From Eledone cirrhosa (taxonomy: Eukaryota), in contig OZ024756.1 of NCBI GenBank assembly GCA_964016885.1, positions 42,408,001 through 42,472,000 of the forward strand: a DNA stretch of 64,000 bases, written 5' to 3'. Positions 27,785-44,860 of the stretch are shown piece after piece. The notes below the pieces were generated by a model, which saw only the letters and a list, made by a program, of their open reading frames with translations, searched no databases and was not told the DNA's origin. Positions within the stretch are counted from its first letter, which is position 1; every line of letters begins with the position of its first letter. Position numbers and translations under genes: made by a program.

Positions 27785-28020
27785 CATTTCTATATTAAAT
27801 AATGATGCTTACACTCTACTAATGTATTGAGTACCTTACTTACTGTGGTTACCCCTGATTTAACTCGGCATCTACATATACATATATGTATATACACACA
27901 GAGACAAAGATGCATATTATAAGTTACTTGGTGAAAACAGTAGTAGCCACTGTTAAATAAGAAGTACTCAATACTCGATGTATATGAAGTAAAGGTGTTT
28001 CTGTGTTTCCTTTTGATATA

Positions 28021-28640
28021 AACAACAAGTAGCAGATAATCATGGATGTTTCATTAATTCTCCCCTTTAATATCACAGTCACTACAACATTTATTTCAAT
28101 CTTATTTAACCTCCTTAGGAAACATTTTCCCTTCATCACTGGGTATTTAATAAAAAATACCATCAAACTTTTGTATTCCACAACTTCAAATTCTGAGCAT
28201 AATTTTACATATTACAACTAAACTTACTTCATGGAACAAAACAAGTAAATAATAACACATTAAAGCATGGAACTGCTCAGGTTCCAACAACAACTCTCTG
28301 GAATCGAATTGCAGGGCTAAGGATGTTGTGTACCAATATTTAGTCACCAATTTAATCAAGGTTTTAATCACACACGAATTCTTTTAGAAATCCTTGTGGA
28401 AGCAAACAAACTTCATTTGGCTTCCTTCATGTATTTGGTATTTGGTTGTCGTAGGAAAATTCAATACCATATCATATTAAATTGATTATAATTTCTGGAG
28501 TTAAAGTGTATGAAGGGAATAATACTCCCTACAATTTATGTACAACAGTGAGATATGGCATCCTTTTTACTAAAACCAAATTTCTCAACTCATTCAGGAA
28601 TGTTTCTAAACCATATTCACAGAAAATGTAAGCCATATAA
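28021..28640 (+). mobile_element. Decayed Penelope-like element ORF (RT thumb/linker + GIY-YIG endonuclease)
   Basis: Frameshifted peptides in the expected order: LPFNITVTTT..LFNLLRKHFP, KNTIKLLYSTTSN, NCRAKDVVYQYLVT, TNSFRN, YNLCTTVRYGIL, FLN...IHRK. They resemble PLE motifs FNPPF..DKHFP, NTIKLSYS, CLxKNIVY, CNLCLxEK, LN..CRH. Confidence 0.65.
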
Positions 28641-28977
28641 AATTTTCCAGCCAATCATCTCCCCAAACCATTAACAATGCATTATTATGTATGTGATTCC
28701 ATTCATAAAAAGTTCCATGATCTTAATTCATCTCCTAATAGGTTTTCTCCATTATCAATGAAGGTTATAAATCCATCAACACTAATACCACATTGATTTT
28801 GCCCCACTCCTATCTGTGTTTTTGTTTATGTTACTATGTTTTGCTTTGATTTCAATTAGGTTTAATATTTTAACCAAATTCATTCCTATTCTTCCTTGTT
28901 ATATTCTCAACGGTATTAACAAACACCATGAACACCCTGTGAATGTTGATTATATCAAATAAAAACAATATACATAC

Positions 28978-29015
<38 letters not shown>

Positions 29016-31749
29016 TTTTATATTTATATATAGTTTAATAAATGAACAGCGAGGCAGTACAAATGATATTGTTTTTAGTTTCACGCTTGAGAGTGGGATA
29101 TATATTCCTGTGTGTATGAGACTATCAGCCAAATTTATTATATTTATTTGAAGGTATGTTAGGTTTTATAATACACTTTTATTAGAAAATTTCTGATAGA
29201 TTTAATGTAAATATAAACCTACAGTTTTTATGCCTCGCTGTAATAATTTCTGCCAAATTTGAAGAACTTTCTGCTCTCTTTGTACACAGAAAACCATAAG
29301 TAATTAGTTTTACATGTTTCACAACTAATTGGTCATTTATTAGTAGATTAGTACATTTAGTACATATTAGTAAATAAGTATTCTGTCAACAAAGAGAGCT
29401 ATAGTGAAATGCTAATTATATCAAACACAAACTAAGACGGGCGTTTGAGGTGTTTGGTGGAACTGGGTCAGTGACAACAAAGTTCTTGTCATTGTTGGTA
29501 GCTTGGTGAGGGTGCTTGGCTATTCCCGTACCTTAGTGACCCTATCACCAACACCAATGCTGCCAATGTGTTGGTTTGCCTAAAAAGGTCTTCCTTTTTA
29601 GTATCGTATATATCTGCATAGTCTTATTCATTACATCAATTGTATATTTTGATATAATATTATAACTGTTTTGTTTTTGACTCACTCCAAATAAGCCACT
29701 AAAATGCAAGGGGTTACTGAGAAGGGAGAAGGACAAGACAGAGGGAACATAGTCCCTAGTAAGGCAATAAAGCCACTAAAATATAAGCGGTTACTGAGAA
29801 GGGAGAAGGACAAGACAGAGAGGGTATAGTTCAAGGAGAGAGATGATGATAACAGTATGATAGGGAGTTAGCACCCATGCAAGTATTTAATGCTGTTCTC
29901 CATCGTAATTGGTGACACTCTAAACCATACGATGTTAAAGTCCAGATCTTATACTTGCGCTTCATTCAAATGAAACCTGGTTTCAGAGGGATTTTCCTTC
30001 TTTTTTTTTAAATGCTTGAAGTCTATCCTACACACCAACATGTATGTATATATTTATATGCATCTGTGTGTATATTTGTGTACACAAAGGTAAGATGAGT
30101 ATTTATATTAACAGTTTGACATCAATCAAGGACTAAGAATGATTTCAAACTGAACATGTCTAAATCATCAGATCCAACCATTTATTATTATGAGGAATAT
30201 TTGGGTAAATGTTTGTCTATTTTTTTTCTTCACACTTTATCAGTTCCCGTATGGGCAAGATAAGGTCAAGGTCAGCCGACTGGACACTGCCCACAACAGG
30301 ACAACCCGTCTAACCCATGCTAGCATGAAAGAACGGATGTGTGATGATGATGATGATGATATATATATATATAACATATCTAAAGATAGACCTTTCAAGC
30401 ACCATAAGGAATGTATCCACAACAGACACATATGAAGAGCTCCATGTAAAATGTCCCCTGAGAAAATCAAACATTCCACACCATTTATATGTATGCAGTA
30501 TTGGAGAGACTACACTTTCTGCATTGCCTGTCTCAACTAAAGGAAATGCTATCCCAGAAGCGCAACTCCAGGAGTAAAAGTGGAGGATGTAGGAAGAGTC
30601 GTCTCATTATACAGCATACAAATTAATGAAGTGGCTTGTTTCATTTTCAGTGACCATAATGTTTTTTTTTTGAGAGCTTATTTATGATTAAAAAGTTCTG
30701 CCTGCACACACACACACAATGATAGATGCCATTCTTTGTGGAATCTAACACTAAACAACTTGTACATAACCTTGAACCATTTGAACATTTGAACAAATTG
30801 CATTTTAATATATTTCATATTTGTTAGATCTATGATTCTTGAAAAAAAATGTGGCATAATTTATGTTGAGATTTGTTTTCATATTCCAAAATATGATTAT
30901 TCCTAATTTAAGGATCTCTACAAAGTCTAAAGTCTGTCTGAAGCTAAGAGGCTCATCAGACCAGTGCTTATCCTGGACAGGATGCTAGTCCACCGCAGGG
31001 TTAAAGCCCCAGCTATTGTTGCTTCTACTCATTTTCAGCTGAGTATACTGGAGCAACATAAAATGAAGTATTATGCTCAAGAACACAACACACAACCCAG
31101 CTCAGGAATCAAATCCATGAGATTAGGGTCATAACTCTAACACCTTTACTACTAGGCCGCACACTTTTAGAATATCTTATTAAATTGACAGAAACATTAA
31201 AGCGCTGGATGAAATGATCTGCATTCTATAATCTAGCTTCAAATTCCACATAGGTCAAATTTACCTTTTATCTTTCTGGAGTCCTTAAAATTACATACCA
31301 GTGATTACTGGTGGTAAAACGGTGGAAACGTTAGAACAACAGACCTGAATATCTTGTAGTATTTGTTCCAGCTATTTACGTTCAGAGTTCAAATTTTGCC
31401 ATGACCTACTTGGGTGGTAGACTTAACCTGTCACCTGGTTTAAGACCATCACCTGACTCTTGTTTGCTGTTGCAAGTATTCAGGCCTGGGTTATGGTTTG
31501 AGGGTATTTCTCTTCCCCTCTCCCCCCTCATTCCTCTTTTCCATCCCTGAGGTTCTGAAAATGATTTTAAGCACTACTCTTCTTCCCTGACTAAACAAAA
31601 ATAAAAACAATTTTTTTAAAATGAAAAAGATGAGTACCAGCATACATGTTAAAACCCATTCTTTTCTATCCAGTGGGTTTATATGCCCCATTATTAGACA
31701 TTATTATTTAGTCAGTGTTACAGTAAACCTTCTATTTCAATATATATAT

Positions 31750-32018
31750 ATAGTGAAAGAGTGAAGAATAACATGGTCACAGTACAAAAAGGGTTTTATT
31801 TACAGTATTAACAATTGTTTCATTGATTAAGTTGTCTAACAATTGCTAATCACTTTTTCAGTTGATTTGGTTAAGCATACATCATATTTAAAATTGAGTG
31901 ACACAACTTCAAGTGATTAGCAATTTTTAGACAACTTAATCAATGAAACAATTGTTAATACTGTAAATAAAACCCTTTTTTGTACTGGTGACCATGTTAT
32001 TCTTCACTTTTTCACTAT
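31750..32018. repeat. Fold-back inverted repeat (arms of about 105 bp) with decayed hammerhead
   Basis: Minus arm reads CTGAAAA-AGTGATTAG...TTAATCAAT-GAAAC-AATT-GTT...AATAAA; preceded by (TA)n. Confidence 0.88.
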
Positions 32019-32760
32019 TATTACTCCAAGATTAACCTGCATAGGAATTCCCGAGAACTCACAAACTCGCTACCTAAGGAAATCTCTTTTTGAGTCAAAC
32101 AACGCCATATGCTAAAACTACCCACAATACGGAGTATTCACAACCTCTAACTGGATTACCTATAATGATAATTTATTATCCCATATATATATATATAACT
32201 TGACCTAGACTGTTAGATTTTGATTGAGCGATTACTCTCAAAACTGATGCTTCCTTCAGCTAGCAATGTTAATATGCTGCCCGGGGTACAAGACTTTAGC
32301 CTAAATACTGTTTAAACTTGTGTCTATCTGGCTAGTATTCCAACACCATAACCATATAATGGATGTGTTTTTATTACACACATACACACACATACAAACA
32401 CAGAACCAGACTTACACACACATATAAAACTAAACCTTGATTGTTATTTAAACTAATTATATGTTTGTTGTTCTATCTAACATCAGTCTTTTATATTCCA
32501 TCAGTTTTTATTTTTATCTGGCACCAACTTTTCAAATTCTGTCAAAATTAGTCTATTATATGAGGAGGTTTTCTTTTCTTTATCAACTAAATAATGACAT
32601 TTACTCCAATATGTCACCATAGCTATTCAAGCTACTTAAACATACAACAGATATATAATTTATTAAAATCATATCAAAATCAAATAAATAAAGATCTTTT
32701 GTTATATGTGTATGAATAAAGAGTATATTAAATTGTGCATTAAGCAGCAGAAATAATAGC

Positions 32761-33191
32761 ATAAATTCATATCTGTACACAGACACTACAGGTTTTAACT
32801 GAAGCTGTGAGAAATATGTATGTAACTTACATATTTATGTCTAGTCTTTTTTTAAATGTTGAATAGCTTGGTTAAAGGTTTGGAGTTTGTTGACACCATT
32901 CTCAGAAACTATATTTCTCACAACTCATGGAAAACTACGTAACTAATGGCATTATATATACCTTTAATAAAGTACTTTTCCATGGGTTGTGAGAAATATA
33001 GATAGTTTCTGAGGATGATGTCAACAAATTCCAAAACTTGAACCAAGCTATTCATCTTTTTCAAACAAAGGAGAAATATGTAAAAAAGGTATATTTACAT
33101 ATTTAGATATATAAAATTGTGTGTTTATACACACACATCTCTTTCAGCTTCAGTTAAACCCTGCACTGTTTGTATACAAATTAGAATTTAT
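32761..33191. repeat. Old fold-back inverted repeat with decayed hammerhead
   Basis: Inner arms 32860-32938/32972-33053 plus outer arms; ATAGTTT-CTGAGGA...CCAAAAC...AAGCTAT at 33002-33051. Confidence 0.8.
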
Positions 33192-33294
33192 AAGTAAAGA
33201 AAGCCAAGAATTACGAGATTGTGCTATTGGACATGACATGATGCTAGTAAAAAATAAATAAATAAATAAATAAATAAAATGTCTCCCTTTATAT

Positions 33295-33705
33295 TACTGG
33301 TATCTTTTCATCCCATGGTGGTAAGCCTTTCACCTGAGATGCAACATGAAATGATACATTCTCTGGTAGCAATCTGGTCCATTCAGTGACAGACCCAGCA
33401 TCACTGTCTGACAAGCCAAAGATCACAAGCTGAAAGGTTTGTATATTGAACCTGTGGCAGTAGAGACATCCAACATTTTTGGTCCCTGAACCACATCCCT
33501 ACTCATTATTATCAAGGCAGAATTAGCCACCCACGGGATTGAACCCTTCCAGCATTCTTGGTCCCTGAACCACATCTCTACTCATTATTATCAAGGCAGA
33601 ATTAGCCACCCACAAGACTGAACCCTCTGCCAGTTGGAATGACTATTTCAACATGTCTCCCTTGCTATCCTCCAGGGTAACAATTTCTCCACTCTGTCCA
33701 CCAGG
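33295..33705 (+). mobile_element. CRE-clade retrotransposon REL-domain remnant with an internal duplication of about 80 bp
   Basis: GGKP.T*DAT*NDTFS, IEPVAVETSNIFGP, LFQHVSLAILQGNN. Confidence 0.7.
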
Positions 33706-34519
33706 AACACGAGGTGGCCAGCACCTGAGGTCCTGCATGCCAGAGAGCACACGCCAACACTGTCCAGGTCTGTATCATTGGGGTAGTGATACTGCACACA
33801 CCAACACTGTCCTGTCTGGGCCTCTGTCATTGGGGTAACGATGTTTGAGCATAGTTTTCGTACCACAACAGCTAATGGAGTTCCCACCACATGTCACTAA
33901 AAATAAGACGTCAAAACTGAAGCTGATATAGTAAGTTCTTGTGGGAAATGTACCAGATCTCTTTTATATCTCTACATCATATATTTAACGGTTTATATGA
34001 CCAAATATTAATGTTCACAGATAATTTTGCTAGATGGGGTCATTTCATATAACATGTTTAAACAAAATCATAGTAAAATAATTGAAAATGAATAACAGTG
34101 ATTGAAATTATCAAATTGTTAGTAAACAGAAAACAACAATGACAACAACAACAGCAACAACAACAGATAAAAAAATAATTGACAACCAATTAACAGAGGC
34201 GGAATCATTCATACAACAGGTTTTAAATGCAGGAAGTAACCAGTTATTAAATTCGGAGAGGTCATCTTTTTTTTTTTGTTAGTTGGTTTTTAGGTCTTTT
34301 TTTTTTTGTGGGGGTTGTTACGGAATTTTTGGGGAGGGTACAATAAATAATATTTCATCACGTAAAGAATATATTTCAAAAGTTTAACGAAGGTAATGAA
34401 GAAGTTTACATAACTATACACATAATTAAGGCAGAGAATTAATTAATATTTAATTGTTTTTTTTTTGTTTTTGTTTTTTTTACTAATAAGAACAACTATC
34501 AACAACACTTGAAACTATG

Positions 34520-36331
34520 TTCTCATGTATGTGTGTGTATATATGTGTATCTACACAAACAGATACACACACATATGAGTATATGTGTATATATATATAT
34601 ATTTATATACGTATATATATATATACATACATATATATATTTATACATATGCATACACACATATATCTATATATATACATCCATATATATACATATATAT
34701 ATGTACACATATATATACACATATATATATGTACACATATATATACACATATATATATCTATATACATATATATATACACATGTAGACATATATATATAT
34801 ACACATATATATATGTACACATATATATATATATACACATATATATATGTACACATATATATATATACATATATATATATATTCATATATATGCATTTAT
34901 ACATATATATATACATTCGAAAGAATGACATATTATATACGCAATATATATATATTAACACATATATAATATATATATATACATATTAATACATATATAA
35001 TATATATACATATTAATACATATATTATATATATATATAATATATATATATTAATACATATATATAATATATATATATTAATACATATATATAATATATA
35101 CATATTAATACATATATAATATATATATATACATATTAATACATATATAATATATATATATACATATTAATACATATATAATATATATATATACATATTA
35201 ATACATATATAATATATATATATACATATTAATACATATATAATATATATATATACATATTAATACATATATAATATATATATATACATATTAATACATA
35301 TATAATATATATATATACATATTAATACATATATAATATATATATATACATATTAATACATATATAATATATATATATACATATTAATACATATATAATA
35401 TATATATATACATATTAATACATATATTATATATATATATACATATTAATACATATATTATATATATATATAAATATTAATACATATATTATATATATAT
35501 ATACATATTAATACATATATTATATATATATATACATATTAATACATATATTATATATATATATATACATATTAATTCATATATTATATATATATATATT
35601 AATTCATATATAATATATATATATATATATTAATTCATATATAATATATATATATATATATTAATTCATATATAATATATATATATATATTAATTCATAT
35701 ATAATATATATATATATATTAATTCATATATAATATATATATATATATATTAATTCATATATAATATATATATATATATTAATTCATATATAATATATAT
35801 ATATATATTAATTCATATATAATATATATATATATATATTAATTCATATATAATATATATATATATATATTAATTCATATATAATATATATATATATATA
35901 TTAATTCATATATAATATATATATATATATATTAATTCATATATAATATATATATATATATATTAATTCATATATAATATATATATATATATATTAATTC
36001 ATATATAATATATATATATATATATTAATTCATATATAATATATATATATATATTAATTCATATATAATATATATATATATATTAATTCATATATAATAT
36101 ATATATATATATTAATTCATATATAATATATATATATATTAATTCATATATAATATATATATATATATTAATTCATATTAATATATATATATATATTAAT
36201 TCATATATAATATATATATATATATATATTAATTCATATATAATATATATATATATATATATATTAATTCATATATAATATATATATATATATATATATT
36301 ATAATCATATATATATATATATATATATTAA

Positions 36332-36372
<41 letters not shown>

Positions 36373-36448
36373 ATATATATATATATATATATATTATAAT
36401 ATATATATATATATATATATATTATAATATATATATATATATATATAT

Positions 36449-36540
<92 letters not shown>

Positions 36541-36752
36541 ATATATATATATATATATAATATATATATATAATATATATATATAATATATATATATATA
36601 ATATATATATAATATATATATATAATATATTATAATATATATATATATATATATAATATATATATATAATATATATATAATAATATATATAATATATATA
36701 TAATATATATATATAATATATATATATAATATATATATATAAATATATATAT

Positions 36753-36787
<35 letters not shown>

Positions 36788-36843
36788 ATATATATATAAT
36801 ATATATATAATATATATATAATATATATATAATATATATATAT

Positions 36844-36876
<33 letters not shown>

Positions 36877-36886
36877 ATATATATAT

Positions 36887-36917
<31 letters not shown>

Positions 36918-36940
36918 ATATATATATATAATATATATAT

Positions 36941-36973
<33 letters not shown>

Positions 36974-37327
36974 ATATATATATATAATATATATAATATA
37001 TATATAATATATAATATATATAATATATATATATATATATATAATATATATATATATAATATATATATAATATATAATATATATATATATAATATATATA
37101 TAATATATATAATATATATATATATATAATATATAATATATATATATATATAATATATAATATATATATAATATATATAATATATAATATATATATATAT
37201 ATATATAATATATATATATATAATATATATAATATATATAATATATATATATATATAATATATAATATATATATATATATAATATATAATATATATATAT
37301 ATAATATATAATATATATATATATATA

Positions 37328-37366
<39 letters not shown>

Positions 37367-37933
37367 ATATATATATATATAATATATAATATATATATAT
37401 ATATAATATATAGTATATAATATATATATAATATATAATATATATATATATATAATATATAGTATATAATATATATATAATATAATATATATATATATAT
37501 AATATATAATATATATATATATAATATATAGTATATAATATATATATAATATAATATATATATATATATAATATATATATATATATAATATATAATATAT
37601 AATATATAATATATATATATATAATATATATATAATATATATAATATATATATAATATATATATAATATATATATAATATATAATATATATATAATATAT
37701 ATAATATATATATATATATAATATATATATAATATATATATATAATATATATATATAATATATATATAATATATATAATATATATATAATATATATATAA
37801 TATATATAATATATATATATATATATATAATATATATATATATTATATATATATATACATATATATATTATATATATACATATATATATTATATATATCT
37901 ATATATTATATATATATATATATTATATATATC

Positions 37934-37976
<43 letters not shown>

Positions 37977-38011
37977 ATATATATTATATATATATATATA
38001 TTATATATATC

Positions 38012-38054
<43 letters not shown>

Positions 38055-38070
38055 ATATATTATATATATC

Positions 38071-38113
<43 letters not shown>

Positions 38114-38346
38114 ATATATTATATATATCTATATATTATATATATATAATATCTATATTATATATATATTATATATATATATATATTATATATATATATA
38201 TATTATATATATATAATATCTATATTATATATATATATATATCTATATTATATATATATTATATATATATATATATTATATATATATATATTATATATAT
38301 ATATATATTATATATATATATATTATATATATATATATTATATATA

Positions 38347-38393
<47 letters not shown>

Positions 38394-38497
38394 ATATATA
38401 TTATATATATATAATATCTATATATTATATATATATAATATCTGTATATTATATATATATAATATCTATATTATATATATATTATATATATATATAT

Positions 38498-38550
<53 letters not shown>

Positions 38551-38777
38551 ATATAATATATATATATATATATTATATATATATAATATCTATATTATAT
38601 ATATATTATATATATATAATATATATATTATATATATATTATATATATATAATATATATATTATATATATTTATATATATAATATCTATATTATATATAT
38701 ATATATATATTATATATATATATATTATATAAATATATAATATCTATATTATATATATATATAATATCTATATTATA

Positions 38778-38865
<88 letters not shown>

Positions 38866-40587
38866 CTATATAATATCTATATTATATATATATTATATAT
38901 ATATATAATACCTATATTATATATATATTATATATATATATATATATATAATACCTATATGATATATATATTATATATATATATATAATACCTATATTAT
39001 ATATATATATTATATATATATATATATAATATCTATATTATATATATGTTATATATATATTATATATATATATATATAATATCTATATTATATATATATA
39101 ATATCATATATTATATATATATATATATAATATCTATATTATATATATATAATATCATATATTATATATATATATATATAATATCTATATAATATCTATA
39201 TTATATATATATATATTATATATATAATATCTATATTATATATATATTATATATATATATATATTATATATATAATATCTATATTATATATATATTATAT
39301 ATATATAATATCTATATAATATCTATATTATATATATATATATTATATATATAATATCTATATTATATATATATTATATATATATATATATATTATATAT
39401 ATAATATCTATATTAAATATATATTATATATATAATATCTATATTATATATATAATATCTATATTATATATATAATATCTATATTATATATATATTATAT
39501 ATATAATATCTATATTATATATATTAGATCTATATCATATATATAATATCTATATTATATATATATTATATATATATTATATATATAATATCTATATTAT
39601 ATATATATTATATCTATATTATATATATATTATATCTATATTATATATATATTATATATATATTATATCTATATTATATATATTATATATATATTATATA
39701 TATAACATCTATATTATATATATATTATATATATAAAATCTATATTATATATATATTATATATATAATATCTATATTATATATATATTATATATATAATA
39801 TCTATATTATATATATATTATATATATAATATCTATATTATATATATATTATATATATAATATCTATATTATATATATATTATATATATAATATCTATAT
39901 TATATATATATTATATATATAATATCTATATTATATATATATTATATATATAATATCTATATTATATATATATCTATATTATATATATTATATATATAAT
40001 ATCTATATTATATATATAATATCTATATTATATATATATTATATATATATATATATATTATATATATAATATATATATAATATAATATATATATATAATA
40101 TATTTATATATTATATATATAATATATTTATATATAATATATATATATAATATATATATATAATATATTTATATAATATATATATAATATATTTATATAT
40201 TATATTTATATATTATATATATAATATATTTATATATAATATATATATAATATATATATATATAATATATATATATAATATATATATATAATATATATAT
40301 ATAATATATATATATAATATATATATATAATATATTTATATATAATATATTTATATATAATATATTTATATATAAATATATATATAATATATATATATAA
40401 TATATATATATAATATATATATATAATATATATATTTAATATATATATATAATATAATATATAATATATAATATATATATATATATATATATAATATATA
40501 TATATAATATATATATATAATATATATATATAATATATATATATAATATATATATAATATATATATATAATATATATATATATATAA

Positions 40588-40625
<38 letters not shown>

Positions 40626-40823
40626 TATATAATATATATATATAATATATATATATAATATATATATATAATATATATATAATATATTATATATAATATA
40701 TATATATAATAATATATATATATAATATATATATAATATATATATAATATATATATATATATATTAATATAATATTATATATATAATATATATATAATAT
40801 ATATATATATATAATATATATAT

Positions 40824-40854
<31 letters not shown>

Positions 40855-41059
40855 ATATATATATAATATATATAATATATATATAATATATATATAATAT
40901 ATATATATATAATATATATATATATATAATATATATAATATATATATATATATAATATATATAATATATATAATATATAATATATATAAATATATATATA
41001 TATATAATATAATATATAATATATATATATATATAATATATATTATATATAATATATAT

Positions 41060-41090
<31 letters not shown>

Positions 41091-41649
41091 ATAATATATA
41101 TATATAATATATATAATATATATATATATAATATATATAATATATATATATATAATATATATAATATATATATATATAATATATATAATATATATATATA
41201 TAATATATATAATATATATAATATATATAATATATATATATATAATATATATAATATATATATATATAATATATATAATATATATATATATAATATATAT
41301 ATGTAATATATATATATATAATATATATATAAAATATATATATATAATATATATATGTAATATATATATATATAATATATATATAAAATATATATATATA
41401 TAATATATATATAATATATATATATAATATATATATATAATATATATATATAATATATATAATATATATAATATATACATATATAATATATATATATATA
41501 TAATATATGTATATATAAATATATATATATAATATATATAATATATATAAATATATATATAATATATATAATATATAATATATATATATATAATATATAT
41601 AATATATATATAATATATATAATATATATATAATATATATATATATATA

Positions 41650-41692
<43 letters not shown>

Positions 41693-41798
41693 TAATATAT
41701 ATATAATATATATATATAATATATATATAATATATATATATATAATATATATAATATATATATAATATATATATATATAATATATATATAATATATAT

Positions 41799-41848
<50 letters not shown>

Positions 41849-42136
41849 ATATATATAATATATATATAATATATATATATATATAATATATATATATATA
41901 TAATATATATAAATATATAATATATATATATAATATATAGATATATATATATATAATATATATATATAATATAGATATTATATATATATATATATTATAT
42001 ATATATATATAAAATATATATATATATATATATAAAATATATATATATATATATATATAATATATATATAAAATATATATATATATATATATATAATATA
42101 TATATATAATATAGATATTATATATATATATATTAT

Positions 42137-42211
<75 letters not shown>

Positions 42212-42985
42212 TAATATAGATATTATATATATATATATTATATATATATATAATATATATATATAATATAGATATATATATATAGATATATTATATATAT
42301 ATATATATAATATATATATATAATATATATATATAATATATATATATAATATATATATATAGTATATAAATATAATATATATATATAATATATATATATA
42401 ATATATATATATAATATATATATATATAATATATATATATAATATATAATATATATAAATACATATATATATATAATATATATATATTATATATATAAAT
42501 ACATATATATATATAATATATATATATTATATATATAAATACATATATATATATAATATATATAAATACATATATATATATAATATATATATATAATATA
42601 TATAAATACATATATATATATATATATATAATATATATAAATACACATATATATATAATATATATATATTATATATATAAATACATATATATATAATATA
42701 TATAAATACATATATATATATAATATATATATATTATATATATAAATACATATATATATAATATATATAAATACATATATATATATAATATATATATATT
42801 ATATATATAAATACATATATATATATAATATATATAAATACATATATATATATAATATATATATATAATATATATAAATACATATATATATATAATATAT
42901 ATAAATACATATATATATATAATATATATATATAATATATATAAATACATATATATATATATATATATATAATATATATAAATAC

Positions 42986-43016
<31 letters not shown>

Positions 43017-43037
43017 ATATATAATATATATAAATAC

Positions 43038-43070
<33 letters not shown>

Positions 43071-43251
43071 ATATAATATATATATATATTATATATATAT
43101 TATATATATATATATAATATATATATATATTATATATATATATATATATTATATATATATATATTATATATATATATATATTATATATATATATATTATA
43201 TATATATATTATATATATATATATTATATATATATATATATTATATATATA

Positions 43252-43294
<43 letters not shown>

Positions 43295-43350
43295 ATATAT
43301 ATAATATATATATATTATATATATACATACATATATATATATTTACATAT
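34520..43350. repeat. (AT)n-derived compound satellite of about 8.8 kb
   Basis: Almost no G/C; successive local units (ACATATTAATAC, ATTAATTCAT, ATAATATAT, AATATCTATATT, AAATACATAT). Confidence 0.98.
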
Positions 43351-44119
43351 ATCGATTTTATGAATAAGCATAAAGCTATTTCTTTCAATATATTTCATAA
43401 AAACCATTTTGAATATGGAAATATTTTGAAGCAGTTATTTAAAAAAAAAAAACTTTTAAAAACACTCATGAAAACATATAAACAGATCATTCAACATAAA
43501 ATATCTTAAAAAGTAGCCAATTGTTCTTTTAAAAATCATTCTTCAAAATGAAATACCTTAAAAAAGTGGCCATTTGTTCGGTTTTGGTTAGGGTTGTATA
43601 AGAAAGTTAGTACAGTGTAAGTTAACAAGAGAGTGGAAACTAGATTGAAAAAAAACATTTTACACATGAACCTTAAGGCATTCAGTTTTTTTGTTTAGTC
43701 TACTAGTTTATTATTCTTTTCACTCCTTGGTTTCTAACATGCATTCTACTAAATTTCCCCAAAACTATTTTAAGCACATATTTTTGTTTTATATAAAGAA
43801 ACCAAAGTTTAATATGAAAACATTTCAGTGTTGAATTATTAAAATAACAAAAATAATAATAAAGGACCGATAAGTTTCAAAAAGCTGGTAAAATGTGATA
43901 GAAATATATAAAGGGCAAATGATGACAAAACAAAACAAAGTAATGTTTTACCCAGTATATTTCAACATGATATTTCGGGGCTATAACCCACTTTTCAAAT
44001 GTGGAACTGAAACAGTTCAAAACATTTTTCTATCACATTGTACTGGCTTTTTGAAACTGATTGGTCTGATAATACATATCTCACAATGTTTTGTATTAAC
44101 TCTACTGCATTAAAATAAT

Positions 44120-44305
44120 TGTTTCTACTTTTGGCACAAGGCCAGCAATTACCCAGTACATTACTGGTACTTTATTTTATCGACCCCGTAAGGATGAAAG
44201 GCAAAGTTAACCTTGACAGGATTTGAACTCAGACCATAAAGGGCCGTAACTCTTTGCTGCAAAGCATGGTGTCCGACCCTCTACCGATACTGCCAATCCA
44301 ACGCA
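44120..44305 (-). mobile_element. Young short-form SINE with 19-bp TSD
   Basis: TSD tctactgcattaaaataat at 44101-44119 and 44306-44324. Confidence 0.9.
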
Positions 44306-44816
44306 TCTACTGCATTAAAATAATAATTATAAAATATATTATTTAAAATCTGATGATATTACAATATTATACTGCTATATTTTGATTATTTTTCTGGTTT
44401 GGTTTTGTATACATTTCAGAAAGATTTTGGTGTAGAAGTTTAAAGAACTTCTAATGTATCTATCTACTTTCCTTTAAATATATTTAGTATGATTTCTTTT
44501 AAGGTCTTCATTCTTGACAGATTCCTAAATAAATCCCATAGCACACTCAGGTTGATATATTAGCCCCTATAATGTAGCCCCAAACACTCTTCTAATATTT
44601 TTGACTATTAACCTGTAATGGTTTCTCTGCTATATAGTCAAAAGGGGTCATCACACTAAAAGGGCTAAAAATAACAGACTTATCGGTAGAATTGAATTAT
44701 TTTATATTTTTTAGAACCAGGAATAAATGATTTCACAGCTGGATGCTGTTCTTAAGTAAGAGTGACATCTATCTTTCAATTGACTGAAGCAAAACAAAAA
44801 TATAATGATAATAATA

Positions 44817-44860
<44 letters not shown>

